A stretch of DNA of 64,000 nucleotides from Acidobacteriota bacterium. Its GTDB lineage: Bacteria > Acidobacteriota > UBA890 > WLXD01. The position numbers and the translations under genes were made by a program. Under the pieces are notes generated by a model. It saw only the letters and a program-made list of their open reading frames with translations, was not told the origin of the DNA and searched no databases. Shown in pieces: positions 21,463 through 32,867 of this stretch. Position 1 is the first letter of the stretch, and each line of letters begins with the position of its first letter. Location of the stretch: contig CAXWPH010000007.1 of NCBI GenBank assembly GCA_963666055.2, positions 160,001 through 224,000 of the forward strand, in the 5' to 3' direction.

Positions 21463-21500
21463 CCCCTAGCAGGCCGTGGCGGATGTGCGGCGGGCCACGC

Positions 21501-22502
21501 TCAGGAAAGTCCGCCGAGGCCGAGGTCGGCGTTGAGCTCATTGGCGTCGAGCATCACTACCCCGTCGCACTCGATCTTGCCGGTGGTGAGCACTACGTCG
21601 CAGTGCACATTGCAGGGCGGCACACAGCCGGCGAAAATGCCCGACTGCGAGCCGAAGCCGTAGGTAATGGCGCCGAGCACGTGCTCGTCCTGGTGAACGC
21701 TACCGGACGTACGTGCGCGAGGGTTGAGACCCAACGTGAAGTGACACAGGTGGGTGGCGATGGGATCGCCGCTGGCGGCGAAGTAGGCGCGCAACGCCGC
21801 GGCGTCGCCACCGCCCTCGATCGCCGCGATGACGCCGTCCTCGATACGGAGCGTCACCGGCTCCTTCACGAGGCGCCCCGGCGGGATGTTGCCGTCGACC
21901 ACGATGGTGCCCTGAATCGTCTTCTCGATCGGCGCGTTGGCCACCGACACACCCGGGAAGAAGTCCGACGCCCCCGGCTCCAGGGCCATGCCGTGTCCCA
22001 CGTCGATGGGACGATCGCGCATGTCATAGGTGATATCGGTGCCGTACTGCGAGGTTACCCGGCACAGCTCGGTCTTCTGCCAGAGGTCGCCGATCTTGTT
22101 GGCGATCTCGATCATCAAGTCGTAGTCAACGTCGAGGAGGCCCTCGATGACGAAGTCTTCCATGCCGTTGACGTTGGTCGAGGACATGCGTGTACCGCCG
22201 GCGAGCGCTCGCTCGGTGGATTCCTTGTTGGCGACCATCGTCTCGCACACACCCAGCACGACATCCGCGGCGGCAATGGCAGCGATGGTCACGTCATCGA
22301 GTTCGCTGGCGTCGGTCGGCGCCATGCGCGGGATCACCAGCAGCGTCGCCTGTGCGCCGGCATTGATGGCAGCGTTGAAGAAGGCGTTGGCAACATCCTG
22401 ATCGGTCCAGGTGTCCGATAACACGAGCACCTTCTCGCCCGGCTTGACCTGCCCCATCTTGCGTACGGCAACGTCGCCCAACTGTGCCCAACGAAAGCTC
22501 AT
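21501..22502 (-). CDS. M29/aminopeptidase T-fold protein, NicX dioxygenase-like metal motifs
   Basis: VKPGEKVLV, GTIVVDG, CHFTLGLNP, VHCD. Confidence 0.7.
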   Translation of the reverse strand: MSFRWAQLGDVAVRKMGQVKPGEKVLVLSDTWTDQDVANAFFNAAINAGAQATLLVIPRMAPTDASELDDVTIAAIAAADVVLGVCETMVANKESTERALAGGTRMSSTNVNGMEDFVIEGLLDVDYDLMIEIANKIGDLWQKTELCRVTSQYGTDITYDMRDRPIDVGHGMALEPGASDFFPGVSVANAPIEKTIQGTIVVDGNIPPGRLVKEPVTLRIEDGVIAAIEGGGDAAALRAYFAASGDPIATHLCHFTLGLNPRARTSGSVHQDEHVLGAITYGFGSQSGIFAGCVPPCNVHCDVVLTTGKIECDGVVMLDANELNADLGLGGLS

Positions 22503-22535
22503 CGCAATCTCATTCCTGGTTAGCGATCCGGCCAC

Positions 22536-23582
22536 TCAAACGGTGTCGGGTATCGTCGTTTTCATCCAGTAGGCGGTGTTGTGAAAGTTAGCCACAACCG
22601 AGCCCGGCGGCACCAGCGCATCGCAGGCGGCGCGGGTGTCGTTGTCAAGCTCCATCTCGAGCACCGGCAGCAGGTGCTCGAGGTGCTCGAGCGTGCGGGC
22701 GCCGATCATCGGCGCGGTGATTCCGGGCTGGTCCTTGCACCACAGCATGGCCAACTGTGCGCCCGAGATGCCCGCCTCGGCGGCAATCTTGGCGAACTCG
22801 CGCGCCACCTGGATGCCGCGCGTTGTGACCCGATCGGCATAGAAGCCGCCGCGCCTGGCGGCACGCGAGTCGTCCGGAAACTCGCTGGCGCTGTCGTAGC
22901 GACCGGCGAGGACGCCCATGCCCATCGCACCCCAGCAGATGATGCCGAGCCCGTGGCGCCGGGCCATCGGAATGAGCTCGTTCTCGATGCGGCGGTCGAG
23001 CAGATTGTAGGGGGGCTGCTCGGAGACGTAGCCGACGAAGCCCTCGAGCGCCGACACCATCAGCCCCTCCATGACCAGCCAGGCCGGCTGCGTGGAGCAA
23101 CCGATGTAGCGCACCTTCCCCTGGGTCACCAGGTCATCCATGGCGCGCAGCGTCTCATCGAGCGGGATGTCGAAGGTGGGCCGGTGCAGCTGGTACAGGT
23201 CGATGCGGTCGGTCTGCAGGCGCCGTAGCGAGGTCTCGCAGGCGCGAATGATATTGAGCCGCGAGTGCCCCGATTCGTTCGGACCCACGCCGGGCACGAA
23301 TTCGTTGAGCGAAACGCCGACCCGACGCCGGCCGTGGTCAACCTTGGTGCCGAGCACCACCTGGTCGCGAATGCCGCGCTCTTTGAGGGTCTTGCCGATG
23401 ATCGTCTCGCTCATGCCCTCGGCGTAGACGTCGCCGGTGTCGATCATGTTGATGCCGGCATCGAGCGCCCGGTTGATGATCCGGGTTGCCTCCTCGGCGG
23501 GGGTGGCATCGCCGAAGTTGTCGGACCCCATGATGAGCGGCGAGATCTTCACGCCGGAGCGGCCCAATACCCGGTATTCCAC
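22536..23582 (-). CDS. Aldo/keto reductase
   Basis: [32 protein letters not shown]. Confidence 0.93.
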   Translation of the reverse strand: MEYRVLGRSGVKISPLIMGSDNFGDATPAEEATRIINRALDAGINMIDTGDVYAEGMSETIIGKTLKERGIRDQVVLGTKVDHGRRRVGVSLNEFVPGVGPNESGHSRLNIIRACETSLRRLQTDRIDLYQLHRPTFDIPLDETLRAMDDLVTQGKVRYIGCSTQPAWLVMEGLMVSALEGFVGYVSEQPPYNLLDRRIENELIPMARRHGLGIICWGAMGMGVLAGRYDSASEFPDDSRAARRGGFYADRVTTRGIQVAREFAKIAAEAGISGAQLAMLWCKDQPGITAPMIGARTLEHLEHLLPVLEMELDNDTRAACDALVPPGSVVANFHNTAYWMKTTIPDTV

Positions 23583-23629
23583 TCATTCCTCCGCCGAAAA
23601 ACACCCGCCATTGAAGCGTTTTTCCAGAC

Positions 23630-23644
23630 TGCATACAGTATACG
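23630..23644. promoter_or_regulatory. Putative operator TGCATAC-A-GTATACG in a divergent promoter
   Basis: Two mismatches to the perfect palindrome at 41655-41669, ignoring the central base. Confidence 0.55.
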
Positions 23645-23713
23645 AAATAGGCTTAGAGGCTCCCGGAAGCCGATCCCTCCGTCCGCTCACCTCGCCCGGT
23701 AGTATCCACCACC

Positions 23714-25466
23714 ATGTTGGTCGATTGGCTCGTCATCGCCGCCTACCTGATCGCCATTACCGTGCTGGGCGCGTCGGCGGCCAAGAAGGTCAACACCGCG
23801 TCCGATTTCTTCATCAGCGACCGCAAGTTCGGCAAGCTGATGATGACGCTGTTCACCTTCGGCACGGGAACGAACACCGATCAGGCGGTGAGCGTGGCGT
23901 CGAAGACCTATACCTCTGGCGCCTCGGGTATCTGGTACCAGTGGCTGTGGCTGTTCTCGACGCCCTTCTACTGGTTGCTGGCACCGCTGTTTCGGCGCAT
24001 GCGGGCGGTGACCATCGCCGACTACCTGCACGTGCGCTACGACCAGAGCGTGGCGATTCTCTTCGCAGTGCTCGGCATCGCGCAGCTGTCCGTCAACATC
24101 GGGGTGACGCTCAAGGCGGCCGGCGCCATGGTCACGGCAGTCTCGGGAGGCACGATCAGCGCCGAGCTGGCGATCATCGGCATGACGGTGCTGTTCATGG
24201 TCTACGGAATCGTAGGTGGCCTGAACGCAGCCATCATGACGGACGCACTCCAGGGTGTTCTCACGGTTGTCCTGTCGTTCTTGCTGCTGCCATTCGCCCT
24301 GCAGGCGGTCGGCGGTCTGGATGGGCTACGCGCGACCGTCACCGATCCGACCGTGTTCCAGGTAGTCGCCCCCGGCGAGATCACCACGCTCTACGTCATC
24401 GTCATATCGCTCAACGCGCTTATCGGCTGGGTCGCGACGCCTTACTCGATGGCGCTCTGTGGTGCCGGTACCACCGACGAGGAGGCGCGGGTCGGCCTGA
24501 TAAGCGGCATGTTCCTGAAGCGTTTCTGCACCATCGCCTGGGTGCTGACGGCCATGTGCGGCATCGGCATCTACGCCGGCACCGCCGTCGACCCCGACCA
24601 GCTGTACGGGCTGCTTGCCCGCGACCTCCTGCCGACCATCGCGCCGGGGCTGGTGGGGCTGTTCATCGCCTCGATGCTGGCGGCGGTGATGAGCTCGTGC
24701 GACGCGCTCATGGTCTCGGCCGCGGCGTTGTTCACCGAGAACATCTATCGACCGTTCTTTCGTCCGGACCGTGATCAAGGCCATTACATCCTCGTCGGCC
24801 GCATCAGCTCGGGTGTGGTCGTGCTGGCCGGAATCACCATCGCCTTCGAGCTGGAGAGCGTGGTCGAGGGACTGGAGATGTTCTGGAAGGTTGGGGCGAT
24901 GATGGGAATCTCCATCTGGGTCAGCTTCGTTTGGCGGCGGGCAACGGTGGCGGCCACCTGGGCCTCGACGCTAGGCGGGTTTCTCGCTTGGGCCATCACC
25001 GCCCGCATCGACATCATCGGCTGGGACTTCAACGCGCACTACGCCGCGTCGCTACCCGACTTCATGTTGTGGCAGGGGGAGCTCTCGTTACCTTGGCAGA
25101 TGATCATCTACCTCACCGTCAGCCTCTCGCTCATGGTAGGGGTGAGCTTGACCACGAAGGCGCCCGACAAGCAAAGGCTCGACCGCGTGTACGGTACGCT
25201 TCGCACCCCGGTGCGCGTCGGCGAGCCGGAAGTCGAGCCGCTGTGCCTCCCGGAGGGCACTGCGGAGGCGCTGTCGACCGAACACGACTGGCAGTCGATG
25301 GAGCTCGCGTTGGGGCTGCCAGCCTCCGAGCCCACCACGCCAGGTGCTGATCGATCATCCGGACTTCGAGATCCCGACCCCCGATCGCTCCACGGTGGTC
25401 GGCTTCCTGCTGAGCTGGGTGGGGGTCGCCGCCATGATCGCCCTGTTCTTCTGGATCCTGAGCTGA
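23714..25466 (+). CDS. Sodium:solute symporter whose C-terminus is frameshifted by a 61-nt foreign insert
   Basis: SSS motifs. Removing 25271-25331 restores the hydrophobic tail PPRQVLIDHPDFEIP..VVGFLLSW..FFWILS*. Confidence 0.85.
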
Positions 25467-25470
25467 CGGA

Positions 25471-27097
25471 ATGAGCGGACACGAGCACCGGGATCTCGTA
25501 GCGCTGTTCGACGACTTCCGCGCCTCGCTCGCGCCAGACGTGGTCGAAGGCGTACCCGACTACACACACGCCGCCATGGGGCGCAAACACGCCGAGCTGT
25601 TGCGGCTTCAGGAGCGGCTCACGACGCTGGATATCAGCGCTTGGAGCCTCTCGGAGCAGGTCGACTACCACGTCGTCCGCGCCGAGATGAACGGGGTGGA
25701 TTTCGACCATCGGGTGCTGCGCCCGTGGGCCCGCGATGCGGGATTCTACAACATTATCGACGGCATCTATCCGCGGCTGCTGGTGCACCACTCGCGCATG
25801 CTGTCGGACTGGCCGCTCGACGCGCCGCAGTTGCCGCTATCGGACGGTCAGCTGGCGACGCTTCCGGACCAAGCTCCGGGCAATCCCGGCGATCTTCGAC
25901 CAGGCGCGAGGCAACCTCACCGAAGCGTCGGCCGACCTGGCCCGCGTGGCGATCCGCTTGAAGGAAAAGGAAACGAGCTTCATCGAGGGAATCGCCGAGC
26001 AGCTGGCCCCAGACCATCCGGAGGCTCTCGCCGACACCGAGCAGGCGCTGGTCGCCATCGAGGAGTTTGGCGACTGGCTGACCGAGCGGCTCCCGTCGAT
26101 GACCGCGCCCGCAGGAGTCGGCAAGGACAACTACAACTGGTGGCTGAAGAACGTGTTGTTGATCCCCTACAGCTGGGACGAGCTGCGCACTGTGATCCAG
26201 AGCGAATACCACCGCGCCATCTCCTTCCTGCGGCTCGAGGAGCATCGCAACCGCGACCTGCCGCCGTTCGAGATCACCTCGAGCGAAGCGCAGAATCTCG
26301 AGCGCCAGGGCACCGCGGCGCGAGAGCTACTCGAGTTTCTCCGCGATCGGAAGATCATCACCGTGCCCGAGCATCTCGAGCCCCTACCGGAGCACCACTT
26401 CCCTCGCACCTGGGGGAAGAGCGCCTACCTACGCCCGGGCTATCGCGGCTTCTTCGAGCAGTGCTGCGATCGCGAGCCGATGACCCAGATCACCCACACT
26501 TTCTTCGGTCATTACTACGTTCGCGACCGCACCATCTGGTACCAGGACGGCGACACCCGACCGATCCGCGGCACCATCCGCCTGTTCGACATGCACGAGG
26601 CGCGCTCCGAGGCGCTGGCGTTCGGCAGCGAGGAGATCATGCTGCAGCTCGGATCGCTCGACTCGCGGCCGCGCGCCAAGCAGATCGCCTACATCTGGAT
26701 GGCCTTCCGCACCGCTCGGGCACTGTCGGACCTGATGATGCACGCCAACGAATACACCATGGACGAGGGCATCCAGGCGTTCGTCGACAAGCTCCCCTAC
26801 CCCTGGGCGGCGCCCGACAGCGACGCCGTCTGGTGGGATATCGAAGAGGCCCTGCGCGCGCCGGCGCACTCCACCAGCTACGTGGTCGGCAAGCAAATGC
26901 TGCTGCAGCTGATCGCCGACCGCTCGCAACAGCTCGGCGAGGCGTTCGACCTGCGCGAGCTGCTCGACGAGTTCATGAGCGGCGGTATCATCCCCATCGC
27001 GTTGACTCGCTGGGAGCTCACCGGCAACGACGACGAGATCCGACGACTCACGGATCGCGATTCATCACGCAGCGAACGCTCAGGCCGTACGGTTTGA
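25471..27097 (+). pseudogene. DUF885-like protein with one frameshift near 25860
   Basis: ORFs 25471 and 25736 join; paralogous to the C-terminal half of 43979-46774 (GVPDY, RAEMNG, GVGKDNYNW). Confidence 0.75.
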
Positions 27098-27624
27098 TGA
27101 CGGGGCTTCGCCAGATCTGGTCGTCACCGGTATCGACGTCCCTATGCCAAGCTCGACCGGGGCCGGACTCCGTGGCGGTCCAGTAAGCTGCCGCCCTGCC
27201 GATCGCCTCGTACACGCCATCCTCGGAGCGGCGCCAGCCGCCAAGCTGTACATCGAAACCGGTATCGCCACCTGGTTTGAGCCGGGCTCCCTCGGACAAT
27301 CCACGGTTACCCTCGCCCTCGCGACCCGGGCGGACACGCGGACAGCGCTGCCTCCCATCTGTACAGACGCCCGTGGCGGTCGCAGTTGGCCGGCTGATCA
27401 CCGTAACAGTAGGATTCCGGCGTTTCGTAGTTCAGGTTGCCGGCGAGCCAGGTCGCGTCGCCGATCTCGACCATCCGATATCGCTGTCCATCGCGTTGAT
27501 CAACGAACTGTTCTCGCTGCCCCGGAGCAATCGCCCCGCTGACCGCACCCGCATCGTGTGCTGCAAATTGCACGATTTCAAGACCCGCCAGAGCCACGAC
27601 CATGGCCCAGTTCGGTGGTTTCAT
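27048..27624 (-). pseudogene. FISUMP (Fibrobacter succinogenes major paralogous) domain protein lacking an internal segment
   Basis: DQRDGQRY..WLAGNLNY..GRLYRW..ACPPG | LK..GF..YWTAT..GLSVRCV. Confidence 0.85.
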
Positions 27625-27777
27625 GGGGTTTTCCTGGGCAACTCGCCTGGATCAGATATCTTCGATTCGCTGCATTGGAGTGCTGCCAGCACCAGTGATA
27701 CGCGCACCGTTTCCACGGTACCTTTGAAGCTAGGCTCGCAAATCTCGTCCCCGAAGGTCAACTGGACTGACCACCCT

Positions 27778-29265
27778 ATGGTGAAGAAAAGCCGGATGGC
27801 GTCGACGCGACCCTTCCCGTTGGAGCAAGCCCGGAAATGGGCGCCCTACGCCGACCCCACGGATCTTTCCACCGTCTTTCCGATTCTCCCCGGCGTGAAG
27901 CCGCGGGAGACGCTGCTAGCCCTGGCCGAAGAGCAGATGTCGGAGTGGATGAGCCGGACCCCGAAGTCGAAGGAGATGCAAGACGAGGGCAGGAAGTCGA
28001 TGCCCTGGGGTGTCTTCGCCACCTGCCAAAAAGACTGGGAAACGCCGCATCTTCTCTACGCCGAGCGCTCGTACGGCAACAAGCTCTGGGACGTCGACGG
28101 CAACGAATACCTGGACGTCAACTTCGGCGACTCACCGGACATGTTCGGCCGCGTCCCCGACAACCCGGTCTACGCTGCGGTGGCCGAACGCCTCACCAGG
28201 GACGGTCTGTCGACGATGATGTGCAACGAAGACGCCATCGTGGCGACCCAGCTACTCGCGAACCGCTTCGGCCTCAGCCACTGGATGCACGCTCTTTCGG
28301 CATCCGACGCCAACCGCTTCGTGCTCGCCATTGCTCGCCACCACACCGGCAGACCGAACATCGCCATCCCCAACTTCACCTACCACGGCACCATCGACGA
28401 GACTCAGAAGTTCATGCCGGCGCCGGGCAAGATCTCGCGCTTCCACGACCTCGGCATCTACCACGGTGAAGTCGATCAGGGGACGAAGGTCTTCAACTGG
28501 AACGACCTGGAAAGCGTCGACGAGATCCTGCAAGACCGCACCGTCGCCTGCGTGATGATGGAGCCGGTGATGTCCAACTTCGGTTGGGCCTGGCCGAGGC
28601 CCGGCTGGCACGAAGGGGTGAAGAGGCTGTGCGAGAAGTACGGAACGCTGCTCTGCTACGACGAGACCCACACCATCAGTCAGGGCCCGAGCGGAATGGT
28701 CGGGCACATGGAGATCTCAGGCGACTTTTGGACCTGCGGCAAGTCGATCTCGAGCGGCATCCCGGGTGCGGTCTTCGGCATGACCGAGGAGATCGCCAAG
28801 AAAGTAGAGCGCGACCACACGGAGGTCGGTTTTTTCGCCGGCGCCGGCTTCGGCTTCCTGGGCACGGCACTGTGCGGCAACGCCATGTCCACCCTGGCGC
28901 TGCGGGTAACGCTGGAGGAGATACTCACCGACGAGACCTTCGCCAGGATCGACGCGGCGGCGGGCGCCATCAAGACCGGCATGGACGAGAGCATCGAGCA
29001 GCACGAGGCGCCGTTCAGGATCGAGACGATGGGCAACCGGATCTGCTACCACTTCATCCCCGAACCGGTCAGCGACCCGATCGCCGGGCTGGTTCAGGTT
29101 GGGTTCGGCGGCCTCTTCGAGCTCTCCCACGCCTTCTTCTGGAACCACGGCGTGCTGATCATGCCCTACTTCAACATGTGCCTGATCACGCCAAGTCACG
29201 CCGAGAACGACACCGCCAAGCTGCTGAAGGTCTGGGACGAGTTCGTCGAGCTGGCGATGGAGTAA
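27778..29265 (+). CDS. Class III aminotransferase (GSA-aminomutase-like)
   Basis: WDVDGNEYLD, YHGT, MEPV, YDETHT, CGKSISSG; start codon uncertain. Confidence 0.88.
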   Translation: MVKKSRMASTRPFPLEQARKWAPYADPTDLSTVFPILPGVKPRETLLALAEEQMSEWMSRTPKSKEMQDEGRKSMPWGVFATCQKDWETPHLLYAERSYGNKLWDVDGNEYLDVNFGDSPDMFGRVPDNPVYAAVAERLTRDGLSTMMCNEDAIVATQLLANRFGLSHWMHALSASDANRFVLAIARHHTGRPNIAIPNFTYHGTIDETQKFMPAPGKISRFHDLGIYHGEVDQGTKVFNWNDLESVDEILQDRTVACVMMEPVMSNFGWAWPRPGWHEGVKRLCEKYGTLLCYDETHTISQGPSGMVGHMEISGDFWTCGKSISSGIPGAVFGMTEEIAKKVERDHTEVGFFAGAGFGFLGTALCGNAMSTLALRVTLEEILTDETFARIDAAAGAIKTGMDESIEQHEAPFRIETMGNRICYHFIPEPVSDPIAGLVQVGFGGLFELSHAFFWNHGVLIMPYFNMCLITPSHAENDTAKLLKVWDEFVELAME

Positions 29266-29313
29266 CGCAGCGGCGTCGCGTTCGTGGCCCTGCCCGGCCC
29301 TGCGCGAACCACG

Positions 29314-29850
29314 CTACCCGCCGTCGATGGACCGGTCCGGCGGGTCGTGCTCGCTATGCGGCGGCAGGTTGAGGACCTCGGCGGGGAAGAACGACACCAC
29401 GTATCGCACGACATCGCGCATGACCAGGATTCCCACCGGCTCGTGTTCAGCGTTCACCAGCGGGACGTGCCGGTAGCCGCCCTCGACCATGCGATTCAAG
29501 GCGACCGCTATTCCGTCGTAGATCGTCAGGCAATCCGGGTCGGCGGTCATGTAGTCGCGCACGGGCCGATCAAGCCCCTTGGTATCGTAGAGCCGCTTCA
29601 TGAGCGCATCACGCTCGGCGAAGATGCCGACGACCTTGCCGTCGTCCACCACCAACAGGCCGCCGATCTTCTTGGCGACCATCACGTCCAGAGCCTCCTC
29701 GACCGTCGTGTCGGGGGCTACGGCGGCGGGATTCTTCGGGTAGTTGAGATCGCTTATCGGGCGCAGCAGAACCCGGTTGTCGAGCTGTCGTTTTCGCGGC
29801 CCTCTGGCCTCCTCGTACATGTCCAGGTCTTCGTCGTAGCCAGTGCTCAT
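29314..29850 (-). CDS. CBS-domain pair protein
   Basis: VGIFAERD, YMTADP, GGYRHVPLV. Confidence 0.9.
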   Translation of the reverse strand: MSTGYDEDLDMYEEARGPRKRQLDNRVLLRPISDLNYPKNPAAVAPDTTVEEALDVMVAKKIGGLLVVDDGKVVGIFAERDALMKRLYDTKGLDRPVRDYMTADPDCLTIYDGIAVALNRMVEGGYRHVPLVNAEHEPVGILVMRDVVRYVVSFFPAEVLNLPPHSEHDPPDRSIDGG

Positions 29851-29870
29851 GGCCTCTGCTCCTTGGCGCG

Positions 29871-30932
29871 TCAGACTGTCTCGTCTGCGGTCTCCGTGTC
29901 GATTCGCCAGGTATCCCCCTCCTGGAGCAAGGCGTCGAGATCGCTCTCGGGCCCCGCTCCGCGGGCATCACGGATCTGGCGGTGGATGGCATCGTCGTAG
30001 GTCTCTTCCTGCAGCGCTCGGAAGACACCCATCGGCATCGGGAAGTCAGGTGGCTCGAGTTGGCTGAGGAGGTAGGCGAGGGTGGGATCCGCCGCCGCCT
30101 CGTCGTGGTGCAGGAGCTCCTCCTCCGGCACCCCGCCGTTGCCAACCTGCACGACCTCGGGCGTCAGCCCTTGCAACCGAACGCCCCGATCTCGGTTCTT
30201 GCCGAACACCATCGGCTCTCCGTGCACCAGGTCCACCTTCTGGTCCTCGCGCGTCTGCCGGTCCGTCACACCCTCGAAGGCTCCGTCGTTAAAGATATTG
30301 CAGTTCTGCAAGATCTCCACGAAAGCGGATCCCCGGTGCGCGGCGGTTCGCTGCAGCACTGTCGCCAGATGCTGGCTGTAAACATCGGCGGTCCTGGCAA
30401 CGAAGGTCGCCTCCGCCGCCAGGGCGATGGAAAGAGGTTGAAGCGGCCGGTCGATAGACCCGTAGGGCGACGTCTTGGTCTTCTTCCCCACCTCCGATGT
30501 GGGGGAGTATTGGCCCTTGGTGAGCCCATAGATTCTGTTGTTGAAGAGCAGCACCTTGATGTCGACGTTGCGACGCATCGAATGCAGGATGTGGTTGCCG
30601 CCGATGGAGAGCGCGTCGCCGTCGCCGGTCACCACCCAGACCGAGAGATCGGGGCGCGCCACCTTCAGTCCCGTGGCAAGCGCCGGGGCGCGTCCATGGA
30701 TGGTGTGGAACCCGTAGGTGTTCATGTAATAGGGGAAGCGACTGGAGCAGCCGATTCCGGAAATGATGACGAACTTCTCGCGGGGGATCCCCAGGGTCGC
30801 GAAGACCTTCTGCACCGTGCTCAGGATGGCGTAGTCGCCGCAACCCGGGCACCAGCGGACGGTCTGGTCGGAGGCGAAGTCCTTTTTCGAGTACGTGGGG
30901 GGTGCGGTCGCTGCAGTCGATGCCAGGCTCAT
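29871..30932 (-). CDS. korB: 2-oxoacid:ferredoxin oxidoreductase beta subunit
   Basis: WCPGCGD, SGIGCSS, GDGD..IGGNH, YGLTKGQYSPT. Confidence 0.95.
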   Translation of the reverse strand: MSLASTAATAPPTYSKKDFASDQTVRWCPGCGDYAILSTVQKVFATLGIPREKFVIISGIGCSSRFPYYMNTYGFHTIHGRAPALATGLKVARPDLSVWVVTGDGDALSIGGNHILHSMRRNVDIKVLLFNNRIYGLTKGQYSPTSEVGKKTKTSPYGSIDRPLQPLSIALAAEATFVARTADVYSQHLATVLQRTAAHRGSAFVEILQNCNIFNDGAFEGVTDRQTREDQKVDLVHGEPMVFGKNRDRGVRLQGLTPEVVQVGNGGVPEEELLHHDEAAADPTLAYLLSQLEPPDFPMPMGVFRALQEETYDDAIHRQIRDARGAGPESDLDALLQEGDTWRIDTETADETV

Positions 30933-32782
30933 CGTTTCTCGCCTTCGAGGGCCGTCTCCACGGCGGCGACGATCTCCGCCACCGAGAAGGGCTGTCCCCG
31001 GACTTTGTTGAGCTTCAGGGTGTCTAACAGGTAGCGAGCGCGCAACAGGGTGTCGAGCTGGCCCCGGTTGAGCTCCGCAACCAGTACCCGATCGAAGGAG
31101 CCCAGCACCTCCGCGAGGTTCGAGGGGAACGGGTTGATGTGGCGAAGATGGACGTGCGAGACGCTGAGCCCCTTCGCCCGCGCCGCCAGCGTGGCCGCAT
31201 GCAGGGAACCGTAGGTGCCTCCCCAGCCGACCAGCAGGAGATCGCCGCTGTCGTCGCCGAAGGGCTTGGCCGGCGGGATGTCCTTGGCTATCCGCGCGAT
31301 CTTCTCCTCGCGGAGAACGGTCATCTGCTCGTGGTTCGCCGGGTCGTAGGAAACGTTGCCGGAGCCTTCCTGGTGCGCGAGGCCGCCGATGCGGTGCTCG
31401 AGTCCCGGAGTGCCGGGCCTCACCCACGGCCGGGCCAGAGTCTCCGGATCCCTGAGAAACGGTTCGAAGCCCTCGGGGTCGGTTCGAAACTGCACGGAGA
31501 TTTCAGGCAGATCGCTGGCGTTGGGCACCAGCCAGGGCTCTGCGCCGTTAGCGATATAGCCGTCTGAGAGCAGCAGCACCGGCGTCATGTATTGGAGCGC
31601 AATACGAACAGCCTCGATGGCAGTAGCGAAGCAATCTCCGGGGGTGGAGGCCGCGATCACAGCCATCGGGGATTCGCCGTTTCTCCCCCACATCGCCTGC
31701 AACAGATCTGACTGCTCGGTCTTGGTGGGAAGGCCGGTGCTCGGTCCGCCACGCTGCACGTTGACGATGACGAGCGGCAGCTCCGTGGTCACCGCCAGAC
31801 CGATGGCCTCGCCCTTCAGGGCCAGACCGGGGCCGCTGGTAGCGGTGACGCCGATGGAGCCGCCGAAGGAGGCGCCGATGGCGGAACACACGGCGGCGAT
31901 CTCGTCCTCAGCCTGAAACGTCACCACTCCCTGCGACTTCAGCCGCGCCAGCTCAGACAGGATGTCCGACGCCGGGGTGATGGGATAGGAACCGAAGAAC
32001 AGCTGCAGACCGGCGCGCGACGCCGCCGAGTAGAGCCCCAGCGCCAGCGCCTTGTTGCCAGAGATGTTGCGGTACAGACCAGGGTCCTGAGGGGTCGGAG
32101 GAACTTCGTAGCGAACCTGAAACAGCTCGCTTGCCTGGGCGTACGCGTAGCCGGCGTGAAGCGCTGTGAGGTTGGCTTCGACGATGTCCGGCTTGTTCTT
32201 GAAGTGCTTCTGGATCCACTCTTCGGTCGTCCCCAACGGGCGCGAGTAGAGCCAGTACATGATTCCGAGGGCGTAGAAGTTCTTGCAGCGTCGCCGTTCA
32301 CGAACCGACAGCGGCGAGCTCTCCAGCACCTTGATGGTGAGCGTGGTGAGCGGCACCGGGATGACCCGGTAGGCGTCGAGCGTGCCGTCCTCCAGTGGGT
32401 CGATCGCGTAGCCCGCCTTCCTCAGGCTGGCGTCACCAAACCCGTCGGTGTTGAGGATGATGGTGCGGCCCGCCGGCAGCATCGGCAGGCTCACTTTCAG
32501 AGCCGCCGCGTTCATTGCCACCAGGACATCGGGAGAATCACCCGCGGTGTAAACGTCCCTCGAGGAGAAGTGCAGCTGGTAGGCGCTGACCCCGGGCATG
32601 GTGTCTGCCGGGGCGCGAATCTCCGCCGGGAAATCCGGGAACGTCGCGAAGTCGTTGCCGAGCAGCGCCGACGTCGTGGTGAACTGCGTGCCGGTGAGCT
32701 GCATGCCATCGCCGGAGTCGCCGGCAAACCGGATGACCACCGAGTCCTCTCGCTTCGTGGCAACGACTCGTGGCTCATTCAT
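30929..32782 (-). CDS. korA: 2-oxoacid:acceptor oxidoreductase alpha subunit
   Basis: AGDSGDGMQ, YPITP, QAEDEIA, TSGPG, QRGGPSTG. Confidence 0.95.
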   Translation of the reverse strand: MNEPRVVATKREDSVVIRFAGDSGDGMQLTGTQFTTTSALLGNDFATFPDFPAEIRAPADTMPGVSAYQLHFSSRDVYTAGDSPDVLVAMNAAALKVSLPMLPAGRTIILNTDGFGDASLRKAGYAIDPLEDGTLDAYRVIPVPLTTLTIKVLESSPLSVRERRRCKNFYALGIMYWLYSRPLGTTEEWIQKHFKNKPDIVEANLTALHAGYAYAQASELFQVRYEVPPTPQDPGLYRNISGNKALALGLYSAASRAGLQLFFGSYPITPASDILSELARLKSQGVVTFQAEDEIAAVCSAIGASFGGSIGVTATSGPGLALKGEAIGLAVTTELPLVIVNVQRGGPSTGLPTKTEQSDLLQAMWGRNGESPMAVIAASTPGDCFATAIEAVRIALQYMTPVLLLSDGYIANGAEPWLVPNASDLPEISVQFRTDPEGFEPFLRDPETLARPWVRPGTPGLEHRIGGLAHQEGSGNVSYDPANHEQMTVLREEKIARIAKDIPPAKPFGDDSGDLLLVGWGGTYGSLHAATLAARAKGLSVSHVHLRHINPFPSNLAEVLGSFDRVLVAELNRGQLDTLLRARYLLDTLKLNKVRGQPFSVAEIVAAVETALEGEKR

Positions 32783-32867
32783 GGCGGACTCCCGGGCCCT
32801 CAGGTGAGGTCTGCTGATCCTGGACAGCTATCTTCTCATCCCGCACTGAGTCAGCGTGCTCCCAGCG

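Noticed and set aside
25855-25865. Programmed ribosomal frameshift in the DUF885-like gene
   Set aside because: No slippery heptamer; a single-base indel is the simpler explanation.
27305-27316. Plus-strand RLPS read as an inverted FISUMP piece
   Set aside because: The minus strand already reads as family-like EGNRG..LK, and the missing segment is better explained by 25271-25331.
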